Source of the DNA: an uncultured virus (IMG/VR IMGVR_UViG_3300037067_013691)
Lineage: Duplodnaviria > Heunggongvirae > Uroviricota > Caudoviricetes
Direction: 5' to 3' (one strand)
Virus record (IMG/VR): IMGVR_UViG_3300037067_013691
Length of the DNA: 64,000 bases
The position numbers were made by a program, and so were the translations under genes. Shown here piece by piece: positions 31,105 through 42,300 of this stretch. Under the pieces are notes generated by a model. It searched no databases. It was not told the origin of the DNA and worked only from the letters and a program-made list of their open reading frames with translations. Position 1 is the first letter of the stretch, and each line of letters starts with the position of its first letter.

Positions 31105-32031
31105 TTAATTATCATTTGATTTAGCCTCTTTTTTCATCTCAAGTATAGTCCCACCTATAATATTATGCGTTTCCCATAAGAAACTCCATCGTTGTGGAGT
31201 TAATTCATGAGAAGACCAATGACCTGTTTTACGATGTAATATCCGATACCTACATCTACCAGTATAATCATCTTTGTGACAATGTATTTCATGGGAACGT
31301 CTTTTAAAAGCCATTCTACGATCTATATCATCCATATCAGGACTAATAAGAATAAATAGATTATGATAATGACGATATTTACGAATAAAATGTCCTAGAT
31401 TGACTGCGAAGTTACCCCTTCGTGCCTTTTCTAGCCTGTCATAAGCCTCATCTATCATAATAACAGCATTAAATAGTTTAATATCATTTAACGCCAAATC
31501 ATATTCCTCAGACTTGATTTGCCCCTTCTCTTTAGCCTTCTCCATTTTGGCTATTTCACCAAACTTTTTTAACTCTTCTATGAATGATGAATCATCTATA
31601 GAACGATATCTACCCAAAGTCTTTTGTGGAGTAGGATTAAACTTTGCTTCTCCCCATATAAACTCTTGAGCATATTCATAACTGTACCCAAATGTTTCTT
31701 TGGGTGGAATATCACATGTAAATCCTTTTCCAAACAACTCCCTCATATTCCAACCTATATAGTAACCCTCACATGATTTTCCGCTGCCCTCTAAACCCCC
31801 GATGACACACACGCCCTCAGTCATATGATTTGTAAGGAAAAAATATCTTTTATAGTTCTTAGGGTCTACAAAATCACGTTCTATAAGATTGTATCCTAAA
31901 CATAATCTTTCCCAAGCTCTCCAAGTAGTAAAGTCTTTTGGTTCAAGTACAATATCATCTCCACCTGGAACTAATAAAGCCCTAGGTGTTTCATCCCTCT
32001 CAATAGGTTTATTCCGAATTGCCATAACCAT
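31105..32031 (-). CDS. P-loop ATPase, Zot/inovirus pI-like (putative assembly or packaging ATPase)
   Basis: Walker A GLEGSGKS, Walker B VIMIDEA, RKYRH..FILISPDMDDIDRR. Confidence 0.8.
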   Translation of the reverse strand: MVMAIRNKPIERDETPRALLVPGGDDIVLEPKDFTTWRAWERLCLGYNLIERDFVDPKNYKRYFFLTNHMTEGVCVIGGLEGSGKSCEGYYIGWNMRELFGKGFTCDIPPKETFGYSYEYAQEFIWGEAKFNPTPQKTLGRYRSIDDSSFIEELKKFGEIAKMEKAKEKGQIKSEEYDLALNDIKLFNAVIMIDEAYDRLEKARRGNFAVNLGHFIRKYRHYHNLFILISPDMDDIDRRMAFKRRSHEIHCHKDDYTGRCRYRILHRKTGHWSSHELTPQRWSFLWETHNIIGGTILEMKKEAKSNDN

Positions 32032-32088
32032 TATATTAGTTACAAAACTCCAATACCTTATCAGTTACATTACTTACTTTTGAACATA

Positions 32089-32709
32089 CTACTCTCTCAT
32101 TGCTATATTATCATTGTACATTAGCCCTTCAGGTACTCCATTACCATCATTCATCAACTTTATACAGTTATTACAAACTAAAGACTTCTGTATTGTAACA
32201 TTCTCTTTTATATCACCACTTCGCTTAGTATAATCATAGCCAAATATTTTCCTTTTTGTTTCAATTAAGTCCTTTAACCAATATATCTTACCACAAATAT
32301 CACATGTCGAATGAACCATCTCTTTCTCTTCCATAATAATATCCTCCTCTTACTCCCTCATTGCTATTTCGCCAGCATTAGCTTCGGCTTGCATTTCAAG
32401 TATTGATTTCATCTCTTCTCTCCACCCACCACCAAGGGCATACAAATTCCTAGCCAACGTATGTCTCCATGTCCTAGAAGCCATCCTGTGTTCCCTACGT
32501 GGGTTAAGTATCTCCTCTTGTGTTTCCTGCATAGTCAGGGTAATCACCTGTAACCGTGAAAGCCTAGTCCTTGCCATACGCACATCATGGGACTTTGGAA
32601 CTTCACCCAAATAACGTACAGCTTCTGACTTTGGCAATCTTTCATCTTCATATCCATAACCTTGCTGTTCTTGTTCCTCTTCTTCTTTAGGTTTCAATCT
32701 AGTCATCAT
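32089..32709 (-). CDS. Two hypothetical ORFs (32089-32334 Zn finger; 32350-32709), both ending IAMRE
   Basis: ORF track; identical last five residues. Confidence 0.65.
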
Positions 32710-32716
32710 ATACCTC

Positions 32717-33319
32717 CTATGGCAATCTGCTCAACATATAGGCATAATTCATGTAAGCAAAATAGGCAGCTATACACGCTATTATACACGCACCTACTGC
32801 TGCATACATAATATATGGAACATTTTTAACAAACTTTGCAATGTTAGTAATTTCAGACCAAAATTGTTTCTGCATCTCCAAAGCCGACTTCTGAAACGAT
32901 TCATTTGCAGCAGTCTCAATCATAAATGATGTAATCTCTACCTGTTGATCTGATTCAATCCATTTATCAGGATTAGTGGATACTTTGGGGACAGGATTGT
33001 TCTCCATCCATACAGACCTACGAATCCGTATCTGTACCAGCTTCATTTTTCCTGGTGGATACATAAAGTCATACGTACATTCGTTATCAGTAAAATACGT
33101 TCCTATCTCATGTCCCTTCGGTGATTCAACACATCCCCTATCCACTTTACAAAGACATCCATAAGACTGCCCATTCTTGGCAAAGAACTCGCCCCACATA
33201 TGCCCTTCTGATTCCTTAGCATATTTATGCCTCATATAAGTGATATAGCATATCCACCCTATGAATATAATAAATATATAAGGAAGAGCAGATAATAAAC
33301 CAGCAACAGATAAATCCAT
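32717..33319 (-). CDS. Membrane protein with N- and C-terminal TM helices
   Basis: Hydrophobic termini flanking a ~135-aa soluble domain. Confidence 0.75.
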   Translation of the reverse strand: MDLSVAGLLSALPYIFIIFIGWICYITYMRHKYAKESEGHMWGEFFAKNGQSYGCLCKVDRGCVESPKGHEIGTYFTDNECTYDFMYPPGKMKLVQIRIRRSVWMENNPVPKVSTNPDKWIESDQQVEITSFMIETAANESFQKSALEMQKQFWSEITNIAKFVKNVPYIMYAAVGACIIACIAAYFAYMNYAYMLSRLP

Positions 33320-34023
33320 TAGAAACTATATCCTTGCGATATTAAATACATCATATATAATCCATATAATATCGCTATCACTAAAATTGCTGCCATTAAT
33401 TTATGTTGAGAAAACCAATTTCCACCTCCCTGAACCTTTGGCTTCTTTTCTCCTCCACCCAATAATCCACCCAATAAACTCTTCTTGGGTTGGGTTGGAT
33501 AATTAGATGTGGGAGAGGAAACAAACTCATCCATCTGGGGTTTTCCAAGCATAATTGGCTTGCCTTCAGAATGTCTATCCCACACATCTTTAATACCCAA
33601 TATCTCTTTTGCTCTTTGTCTTTCCATCTTAATAATAGGGTCAGCAGCATCAGTATGTATTTCCAATATGTGCCTAGCCCTATCCTCTAAAGAAGCAAAC
33701 CAGACTGGCTCATCGCCATTATCAAAATTCATATGTGATTCATGCGTACCACAGAGATGGCATCTTCTCAATTCCCCCCGCTCATACTCATATCTAGCAT
33801 GATGATCCCTCGGAGGTTCTACAGGTTGTGTATACGATTCAGGGTATACAGGTCTTCCCTGTGGGGGATTCTTTCTAGGTCTTCCCCTTGGTCGTGGGGC
33901 TGTCTGGACTGGAGGAGCTACTGGTTGCTGGACTCCTTCTTCATCATCTTCCATTTCCCTTTCATCAATACAATTTTGGCACATACATCCTTTCGGATGT
34001 GCAACATTCTGTTGGTTCATCAT
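33319..34023 (-). CDS. Tail-anchored protein with AT-hook and C2H2-like finger
   Basis: PRGRPRK; CHLC...HILEIH; C-terminal TM. Confidence 0.7.
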   Translation of the reverse strand: MMNQQNVAHPKGCMCQNCIDEREMEDDEEGVQQPVAPPVQTAPRPRGRPRKNPPQGRPVYPESYTQPVEPPRDHHARYEYERGELRRCHLCGTHESHMNFDNGDEPVWFASLEDRARHILEIHTDAADPIIKMERQRAKEILGIKDVWDRHSEGKPIMLGKPQMDEFVSSPTSNYPTQPKKSLLGGLLGGGEKKPKVQGGGNWFSQHKLMAAILVIAILYGLYMMYLISQGYSF

Positions 34024-34051
34024 TTCTATACTACCCTCTTAATCCTATTTC

Positions 34052-34892
34052 TTACCTCTTTTGCGCCTCAAACAAAGGCGTTCTTTTCTTCCTAATCTCC
34101 GTATGGGCTTTATTCTTGCACTTCCATACATTAATTGGATTTACTTTTATATAATGTGAACTATTATACTCACTAGCTATATCAAACGCAATATCCCACG
34201 CATCAGGCAAGGATTTTGCTGTTCGATATTTTCTAAACTTATCCTTGGTTTTATTTTGCTTCTCATAAACTATCCTGTAAATCAATAAATCTTTTCCTCT
34301 TCATCCTTTTGTTTTTTCTTCTCCACATGCCTAGCCCTAATTGGCTGTAAACTTTCCCCAAGTAACCCAGTAGACTGACTTAATTTTTGTTTGTGGCAAC
34401 TTTTTGCGACTGCAATCTGAGAGGTACGGTAAGATTCCACGCTCCAATCACCCTCATCCCAATCTTTTACATTATTTGCTGCATTTTGAGCTTCATTATC
34501 TGACGAAAAACCACCCATACAAATAGATTTTCCGTTAATACGTCCGAACACATAATAATAAGTTCTACTTACACCCTGTACTCGCCCTTTCATATAACGA
34601 ATTATATGACAAAAACTGAATCCCTGTCAACAGATACAAATTGAACGTATAATTTATTATACTATTCCATGCCTAAGTATTGCCAATTCCCATCGAATAC
34701 ATGTTTTTTACCATGATAAATTACTATATTGCGTTTAGTATTTACAATAAAGGGTTGGGGAATTGCAGTAAATCTCTGCTCTAATCCCTCGTTGATATGT
34801 CTGCATTCCCTACATGAACATCCTCTTGGGTCATGCTGTAAAAAATGACCATTTCTATCTTTGCTCATGTACCAACGGTCTGAAATACTCAT
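34052..34892 (-). CDS. Three small ORFs (34052-34285, 34282-34593, 34662-34892)
   Basis: Tandem ORFs. Confidence 0.6.
34601..34630 (-). promoter_or_regulatory. Sigma70-type promoter; probably leaderless transcript for 34593
   Basis: TTGACA-18-TATAAT ending 7 nt before the ATG. Confidence 0.7.
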
Positions 34893-37800
34893 TAGTAATC
34901 CTGATTAAACCAAATATCGGTATCTACCCAGAAATTACGTTTCTTTTTCTTTGTGTTTAAATCAGGCTGACCACCATACATGGTATCCCAATTACCTTTC
35001 TTTTTTCTTACCTTTTTAGACTTATTGAAAGGATTCAAATTACCCTTCCCTGCTTTGCCTAGAACCAAAAACTTAAAATCATCAACTTCCTTTTTCATAT
35101 TCCTTTCTCCTTGCAATATCTCCAAAAATTTGAAACGTTGCGAATTTTCTCACGAGTCAATTTCGGCTCGGCTTTCTCCGCATCCCTATGCGAGTACCTA
35201 TCCCCTTTTGCCCACCTTGTTATCTCTACATTCTCGTGTTTCAGCATACCTTCTCGTACTTTCTTGAGTTTCTTTCTTCTCAATATAGGGTCTAGCTTTA
35301 TAGTTGCATAGACATCTGTACCTTTTCCCTTGGGTTGAACAGCTACATACTTGCATGGCTCTTTCCCCTTACGGATGTTTTTATAATAGACTATCTTTCT
35401 ATGTAGTTTCATTCCAATATCTTTTTATAGACTTTACGAGCATGTCTACGTTTTGCTTTTGCATATCCACTCAATGGATACTTACGCTCTATTTTCTTTA
35501 ATTCTTTTCTCTCTGGCTTAGTACGTCCCCAACTCCCCACCTTTTTCCTTTTCTTAGGAGTTACGGACAACTTAACATTATATTCTGCACTCCACTTGCC
35601 ACGTTTACATACTTTCTTCTTTACCATAATAATCTACTCCTCTAATATATTGCGTAAATTCCACCCTCGCCATCGCTTGTAAATCTAGCATGGGGATGAT
35701 TATCTAATATCTCCCTTTTCCATTCCCCTACTCCACCACGAGTCCTAACTGCATATCCTGTTAAGTGCTTTTGCCATCCTGTTCTATCACTAGAACTGGT
35801 CGAGGTATGCTTTGATGTACTAGGTTTCTTCCTCTTTACTTCTAAGATTCCTGGAAGTAAATCCCAAGTACCTTTCTTAAAACGCTTCTTACCTGCATTA
35901 CCTAATACAAGTTTCTTAAAATCTGTCATTTCATTCTACCTACCTTACTACAAGTTTTCTTGCGTTTTATTTGTTTAGCCCAAGTACCATTGAGTAATCA
36001 TGGTATCCTGAAAGGTCTGGGCTTCCAACTTATGCTTGAAGTCCTTTACTTTATATGCACCCTTGGGTATTTCTCTAGGCATAATTATTTCCTACCAAAA
36101 TTTTGTATCTCCCCAAAAGCTAACCCCGCCTAATGATGGGGACTTATTAGGAACAGGTTTATTTATAGTTTGTGAATAAGGTTGAGGCATCGGTGCAGGA
36201 ATTGGTGCATTAATCGGCCCGACCATAGGTGTTAAGGGCTTAAATTCATCCGCTATTCTCTTACCTAAATTTCCTACACTTGTAGTCAAATCTTCTTCTA
36301 CAATATTAGGTTGTGGGACTTGAGGTTGATTTGTTGGAACTTCTTCAGTAGCAACTTCTTCCGTTACAGTTTCTTCCACTGGCTGTTCTTCATAATTTAT
36401 ATCTTGAGTTTCTACTGTATCATCAGCCCTTGGGGATAAGTCCTGAGATTTGAATCCTAAAAGCTCTGCTGTATTTCCCTCTTTTAAACCTCTTATAACA
36501 TCATCATAAGTCTGGGGTTTTTCTATATCAGCAGGTAGATTCTCTTTCATTGTCTTTATAATATCAATCGAGATTTGATTCATATCTTTTGCGGTCATGG
36601 TTTCATCCAATCCAGACTGGGCTTTCATCCTGCGTTTTGCTGCCAACTTTCTCTTGTACTTTGACTGGATGATAGGATAGTTTTTAATTACTTCTGTCCA
36701 TCGCATTTCATTTACCTTCTACGCTTATTCGCCTTACATTGTACGCAATTAGCCTTATCTACAACTACAACTTTCAATTTAGTCAACGGTGTTCCCCTGT
36801 AACGTAGAGTCGAACCACCCATAATTTTAAATAACTGCCATCCACCTTTATGTCCTTCACATAATTTAATAGTTTTTGCAGCCATTTTCAATACCTACCT
36901 TTCGGTTTATATGGTTTAGATTCCGATTTTAATGCTCGCTTGTGTGCTGACCAGTACGGCATACGCTTTGTTTCCATAAGCCTCATCTCAACTAATTCGT
37001 GTTTCAAATCTCTATACTTCCTATCAGATTTAGCATATCTATCTAATAATATACTCTTATCTTTCATCTTGCGAAAGCCAAACTTCTTAGCTGCCTCATC
37101 ATTCATGCCCCCGAAGTCATGCAAAACTTTTGAGCCAACTTCTTTTACCTTTATCTTATTGGCTTTACAATAGTTTCTTAGTTGAGAGTATTTACTCATC
37201 TCTTTTTAAGTTTCATCCCACCTTTACATTTCTTACAAGTAAATTCCTTTTTAAGTAATAGTTGAGTGGTAAATTTCCTGCCATCCAATTTATTACCTCT
37301 ATATGCCTTGCATTTAGGACAATAACACTGATAGCTCATATCTATCTCCCTGTTTTCTTGTGCATCCTGAAAAAATAATTCGCATCGGCTCTCGCTTTAA
37401 TCGCAGTTGCTTTATCACCTTTTTTACCACTATTTACATTAGCCAATGCCTGAAGCGAACGTGCAGTGCTCAAATATGTTTTGTGCGCTTTCAATGCCTT
37501 AACTCTACGCCCCCTAGGAGTTAAATCCTTGCTCCACCCCGAATGTACCTTGGGTTTATACCATTTAACTACTTTCTTTTTCTTTAGCATGATAATCACA
37601 ACTACTTCCGTAATTTTCTCTCTCTTAGTTTTCTTGCTCTCTCTTTTTGCATAGAATCTTCATACCACCCAATTTTAGGTCTGTAAAACACACCATAAGG
37701 CCAAGGATGATTCTTTGCACGAGTTATCCTTTTTGTTCTTACACTTAATGTTTTATCTTTCTTTAAACGATTAGCTTCTTCCAAAGCTTCTGCTTTCGTA

Positions 37801-38692
37801 GAACGATGCGCCCATGCTTGATAACCAGATATCGTAGCACCTTTATTAACATGATTTGGGTCACGATGGACAGCCCACCACCCACTCTTCACCCTCTTTT
37901 TCCCTGCGCTACCAAGGACTAACTTTTTAAAATCAACTTCTTTCTTCATAATATTTTCACCTCTAAAATAGGATTCCCAAGTGGTGCTGAACCAGACTGC
38001 ACTAATTCAGCACCATCTTGAGACATCGTTCTACCCTCGCCTTAGATTCTTGCCATACCTCTTTCGCTTGGTTCGCAGAGCTTTCTTGGCTGCTGCCTTC
38101 CTCTTTGCCTTAGTGTACGCCATTGAATTACCTCCTATTTATTATTTTACCATTTGGCTTGCTTGGCTATCTTATTTAACCATGCATTACCGTCTTTCTC
38201 TGCTTTCTTCGATTTCCCAAAGGAAAATACATTTGTCTTCCTTGTTTTCTTGACACTTTTCGTTTTCTTGGATTTGCCCAATACTAACTTTCTAAAATCA
38301 TTACCCATATTTCTCCTTTAAAATACTTTGGCTCTATTCCCTGCTCGTTTAAGCCAGTTATCATCACTCTTAGATGACCACTTGCCTTTCTTTTTCCTTG
38401 CAAACATATCGACTTTCCTTTTTCCTGCTTTTCCTAAGACTAGGTTCGTAAAGTTGTCCATTTTTATTTACCCCCTTTTCTTAATAGCTCGTCTTTTGGC
38501 TTTGCAGTTGCCTTGATAATTCTTGCGGTGGCATGAGGGACATACCTTTGGTTCGTTTTTCCTTGGAATCCACTCATTGCCACACCAGCAACACTCATAC
38601 ATAGGTAATCTATTCACTGGATGCGTATATAACGTAGTTTTAACTGGGACTGTCTTTATTTGCTTAGTCGTATTCTTTTTTGTTGTAGCCAT
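34892..38692 (-). CDS. Cluster of about 15 mostly very basic small proteins
   Basis: K/R-rich ORFs 34892-35098, 35095-35412, 35409-35627, 35642-35929, 36888-37199, 37342-~37590, 37602-37949, 38031-38123, 38147-38308, 38318-38461, 38468-38692. Confidence 0.7.
36092..36706 (-). CDS. Hypothetical protein, paralog of 46675..47067
   Basis: IK.YP.I...YK.K....R..K.Q and N.P.....P.T shared. Confidence 0.7.
   Translation of the reverse strand: MRWTEVIKNYPIIQSKYKRKLAAKRRMKAQSGLDETMTAKDMNQISIDIIKTMKENLPADIEKPQTYDDVIRGLKEGNTAELLGFKSQDLSPRADDTVETQDINYEEQPVEETVTEEVATEEVPTNQPQVPQPNIVEEDLTTSVGNLGKRIADEFKPLTPMVGPINAPIPAPMPQPYSQTINKPVPNKSPSLGGVSFWGDTKFW
37982..38015 (-). other. 10-bp stem-loop downstream of the 30-aa basic gene
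   Basis: TGGTGCTGAA ... TTCAGCACCA. Confidence 0.7.
38031..38123 (-). CDS. 30-aa protamine-like peptide (not in the ORF track)
   Basis: MAYTKAKRKAAAKKALRTKRKRYGKNLRRG; strong AGGAGGT SD. Confidence 0.75.
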   Translation of the reverse strand: MAYTKAKRKAAAKKALRTKRKRYGKNLRRG

Positions 38693-38743
38693 ATCTATCC
38701 ACTCCTATAATATTGTTTATCATAATCAAGACTATTTACTCGT

Positions 38744-38772
38744 AGTCTATACCTAACAGTATGTAATGTCAA
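38744..38772 (-). promoter_or_regulatory. Leftward promoter of the basic-protein cluster
   Basis: TTGACA-17-TAGACT. Confidence 0.6.
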
Positions 38773-38988
38773 GTACCATTATGATAATCAACCCTAAATA
38801 CGCTTATCAAAGTTACGTGGATAAAAGTTATCCTCGTGGCTCAAAACTACCCTTTTTACCATAATTTTTCACCGTTTTTTCATGTGCGTTTTCAGGATTT
38901 TCAGGTTTCCAGATTTTGGCAAGTAGGGTAGTGGGCTTCCAGTCTCAAATATCTTTATGTCAAACTATCTAGCTTTATGTCAAACACA

Positions 38989-39216
38989 CGTCGATAATCT
39001 TAGGTTATCAGTATATAACCACGTCGATAATTCGATAATACAGCGTCGATAATTAGGCTAGTACGTCGATAGAATAGGCTAAAATTGGCTCATACGTCGA
39101 TAATCTGACAGTCTAGCGTCGATAATCATGTTTACCACGTCGATAAACAAGCTTTTAGTCAGTCAATACGTCGATAGCCTGTATTTAACGACATATGCCA
39201 ATCTACCACGTCGTAA
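38989..39216 (+). repeat. Phased array of CGTCGATA direct repeats (iteron-like)
   Basis: Copies start at 38989, 39022, 39044, 39064, 39095, 39117, 39138, 39169, with a variant at 39209. Confidence 0.9.
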
Positions 39217-39263
39217 ATACTGCATATATATGTACCTGTACATTATTATCTCAATAACTTATA

Positions 39264-39313
39264 AAATATTTACTCAATACCTATTGACAAACCATTAAAA
39301 GTATGTATATAAT
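39264..39313 (+). promoter_or_regulatory. Early-island promoter P1
   Basis: TTGACA-18-TATAAT; the 27 bp covering the -35 are identical to P2. Confidence 0.8.
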
Positions 39314-39367
39314 GAGTTATACTTTCAATTGAGAGTAAATAAATATAAATAGGAGCGTGAAAATAAA

Positions 39368-42300
39368 ATGGAAAATCAATACAAAATACAGGATGCTAAA
39401 CTTACGGGACGGAATATACAATCACGTAAAATAGCCAATAATACCTATTTGCAACGTCGAGACTCTGATATCGTCGTAAAGCTACATGATACTGATATAA
39501 TCACATATAAATCGAACGGTGATATCGTCCTTAATAGTGGTGGATGGCATACAATGACAACTAAGGATAGACTCAATAATAATCTACCACGTGAATTATA
39601 CATATCTCAAAATAAGGGAATATGGTATATCAAGAATTTAAGATACAAGGACGGATTAACCATTAAAGCTAGTGGCAAAATACTAAACTATGATAAAACA
39701 TCCAATGACTCTAAGGATAACAAGCTAAAAGCTAAAATCAAAGCATATGCAAAATTATGCTCTTCCAAAATTCCATTGGATTTACCAAACGGCGGAGATT
39801 GCTGGTATTGCTATATGCAAACTAATGACGGAAAATCACTTGGAGATAATTTTAAAGATAAAGAGCATTTACTATCACATATAAAAGAAAATTATATTGT
39901 ACCTTCACTTGTATATAATGCATTAAAAGAGCGTTATAATGCTCCAATGGCGTTTAGTTATGCTTTTAAATCAGAGCATGATTTATCTGGTTATCTATTA
40001 GACTATGGCAAACAAGCTGTATATAAAGCTGTATATAAGTATATCCTATCAAGGTTAGGATATGCTGTATAAATAAAATAAAGAGGAGCGTATAAAATTA
40101 TGACAAAATATCAAGATGCAATGAACGGATGGCCTTACACTAAATTTGAAAGTACTTCCAAACGTGGACTAGAACAATGCAAGCAATTAGCTGAACTATT
40201 ACCACATGGTAGTGGAATCAATGGAGACTGGAAAATTAAGAAAATAGGCAATAAGTTTATATGTTCAAACTTTTATGAAGCTATGGACGACAATGGATGT
40301 TACTGTCATTGTTATGATTTTACAGCTTATTACAGGCTAATCAATGGCAAATTTGAGTATATCGACAAGCTTAATTTTCACAGTCAACGTGAATATGCTT
40401 GTTGCGGTTATCAGATAAAAGACTACTTGGCAGATACACTATGCGAAATAAATTATATACAGGAGTGTGTAAAATAATGGGAAAATCAATAACACCTAAG
40501 TACAGAATTGAGATTGACTATAATGACCACAGAGTATGGAATTGCAAGGAATACGGAAAGCCTACAGAGAAAAACTTAATCAGGTACATTGAATTGTATA
40601 TCCAAAGCCTGAAGATAGGCGGATGTAATGAGCATATATCTAAAATGCTTGGTTATATGCCAATTCCAAATAAAGCTAAAATCATTAATCAGTTTACAGG
40701 TGATATCGTTGCAAGCTGGAATGCTCCAATGTTCATGCTAATAAACTAATATTTATAAGGAGTCAAACATTATGAGGATAGAACAAGGTCATTATATTGC
40801 ACTAGATAAGAGTATTAATAGTTATCTCAATAATAATCCAAATATAGACATAACGACGGCATTGGAATCAGTACGCTATAGATGGGATATATACTGGCAT
40901 AGTGGCGGTGCTTTTACCAATGCACAAGAGTATCAATATTTAACAGATAACCATATTGATACAGCTATAAAATCCATTTTACGAAATAGGCTAAAACCAT
41001 GCTAACAATAAAACATAATTGGATAAAGATAATAGCCACTGATACAGGACATATCATGTACCAATGTACCAAATGCAATGATTGGAAACTAGACAGGGAA
41101 CCACGTCAAGACACTAATTGTATAAAACTAAAAAGATACTAAAATGCTAATCAAACGTCATAACTGCAAACTTAAACCGCAAATACTCATACGCTATAAT
41201 TTGACATATGATGTATTACTTATTGACTGGCTATGGTTTACTATCATAATTAAGAAGTTTACCAGATTAAACAAATATTTACTCAATACCTATTGACAAG
41301 TGATAGAATATGTGTATAATGGGAGTATAACAGGTTATATTGATTATCATAATAATAAAGAGGAGTTAATAGAATGAAAAACAAATATCAAGCGGTTCTG
41401 ATTTCACCTGACGGACAGGATTATGTAACAGACTTTGGCAATAGTGAATCAATTGATTTAGTCTGGCAATCAATTAATAACATGGGCAGTAAATGGTTTT
41501 TTTATCCTATATGTTTTGTAATTAAGGATACAGGCAATCACTATAAACCTATACTTGAAAAACAAAGGATAGCAGATTCTCCAGATAGCTTGATAAAAGA
41601 TGGCATAGACTTACGTGGTAAATCAATCAAGTCTGCTATGCAATGGATAGCAGATAATAAGCCATATATTGAAATGATATTATCATAATAAAAGGAGTGT
41701 ATTAAATGAAAACAATTACTAAGACTTACAAAGTATATGAATTTGACGAGCTATCACAGGAAGCCAAAGATAAGGTAATAGAAAAGCTACGATATATCAA
41801 TGTAGAAGCTGGCTTTGATTGGTGGGAAGATGACGGATTGCTTGAGCTTACGCCTGAACAAGCTAAAAAAGCACGTATCACGGATGCTGAATACAAAACA
41901 GAGATGTTCAAATTCAAGAAAATATACTTTGATTTGGATAGAGCGCACTATATACAATTTCCTGATTTACGGATTAATAATGAAGTAGCATTCTATAAAT
42001 GGCTAGGCATACCAAAGAGACTACAAAATAAGATTGATACATACAATTTTGATAGCAAATACAGACAAGGCAATACCAGTATAGAGTTTTACACTGGTGA
42101 AAAGACAACAGATAGCGAAGACCATATTCTAGCAGAAGCCGAAGATAAATTCTCAAATTGGATGGAAGAGTCGTTAAGACGTTTACAGGCTAATTATGAC
42201 TATCTAACAAGTGACGAATCCATAACAGAAACTATCAAAGCCAACGACTATCAATTCTTAGAAAATGGTACAATGGCAAATTGTCTTAAATAATCATAAT

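Noticed and set aside
31105..32031. Terminase large subunit or DnaA
   Set aside because: No nuclease domain or terminase-type motifs; post-Walker-B motif fits Zot-like ATPases better
38989..39216. CRISPR or mini-CRISPR array
   Set aside because: Repeat is only about 8-11 bp with 12-32 bp gaps; no cas genes
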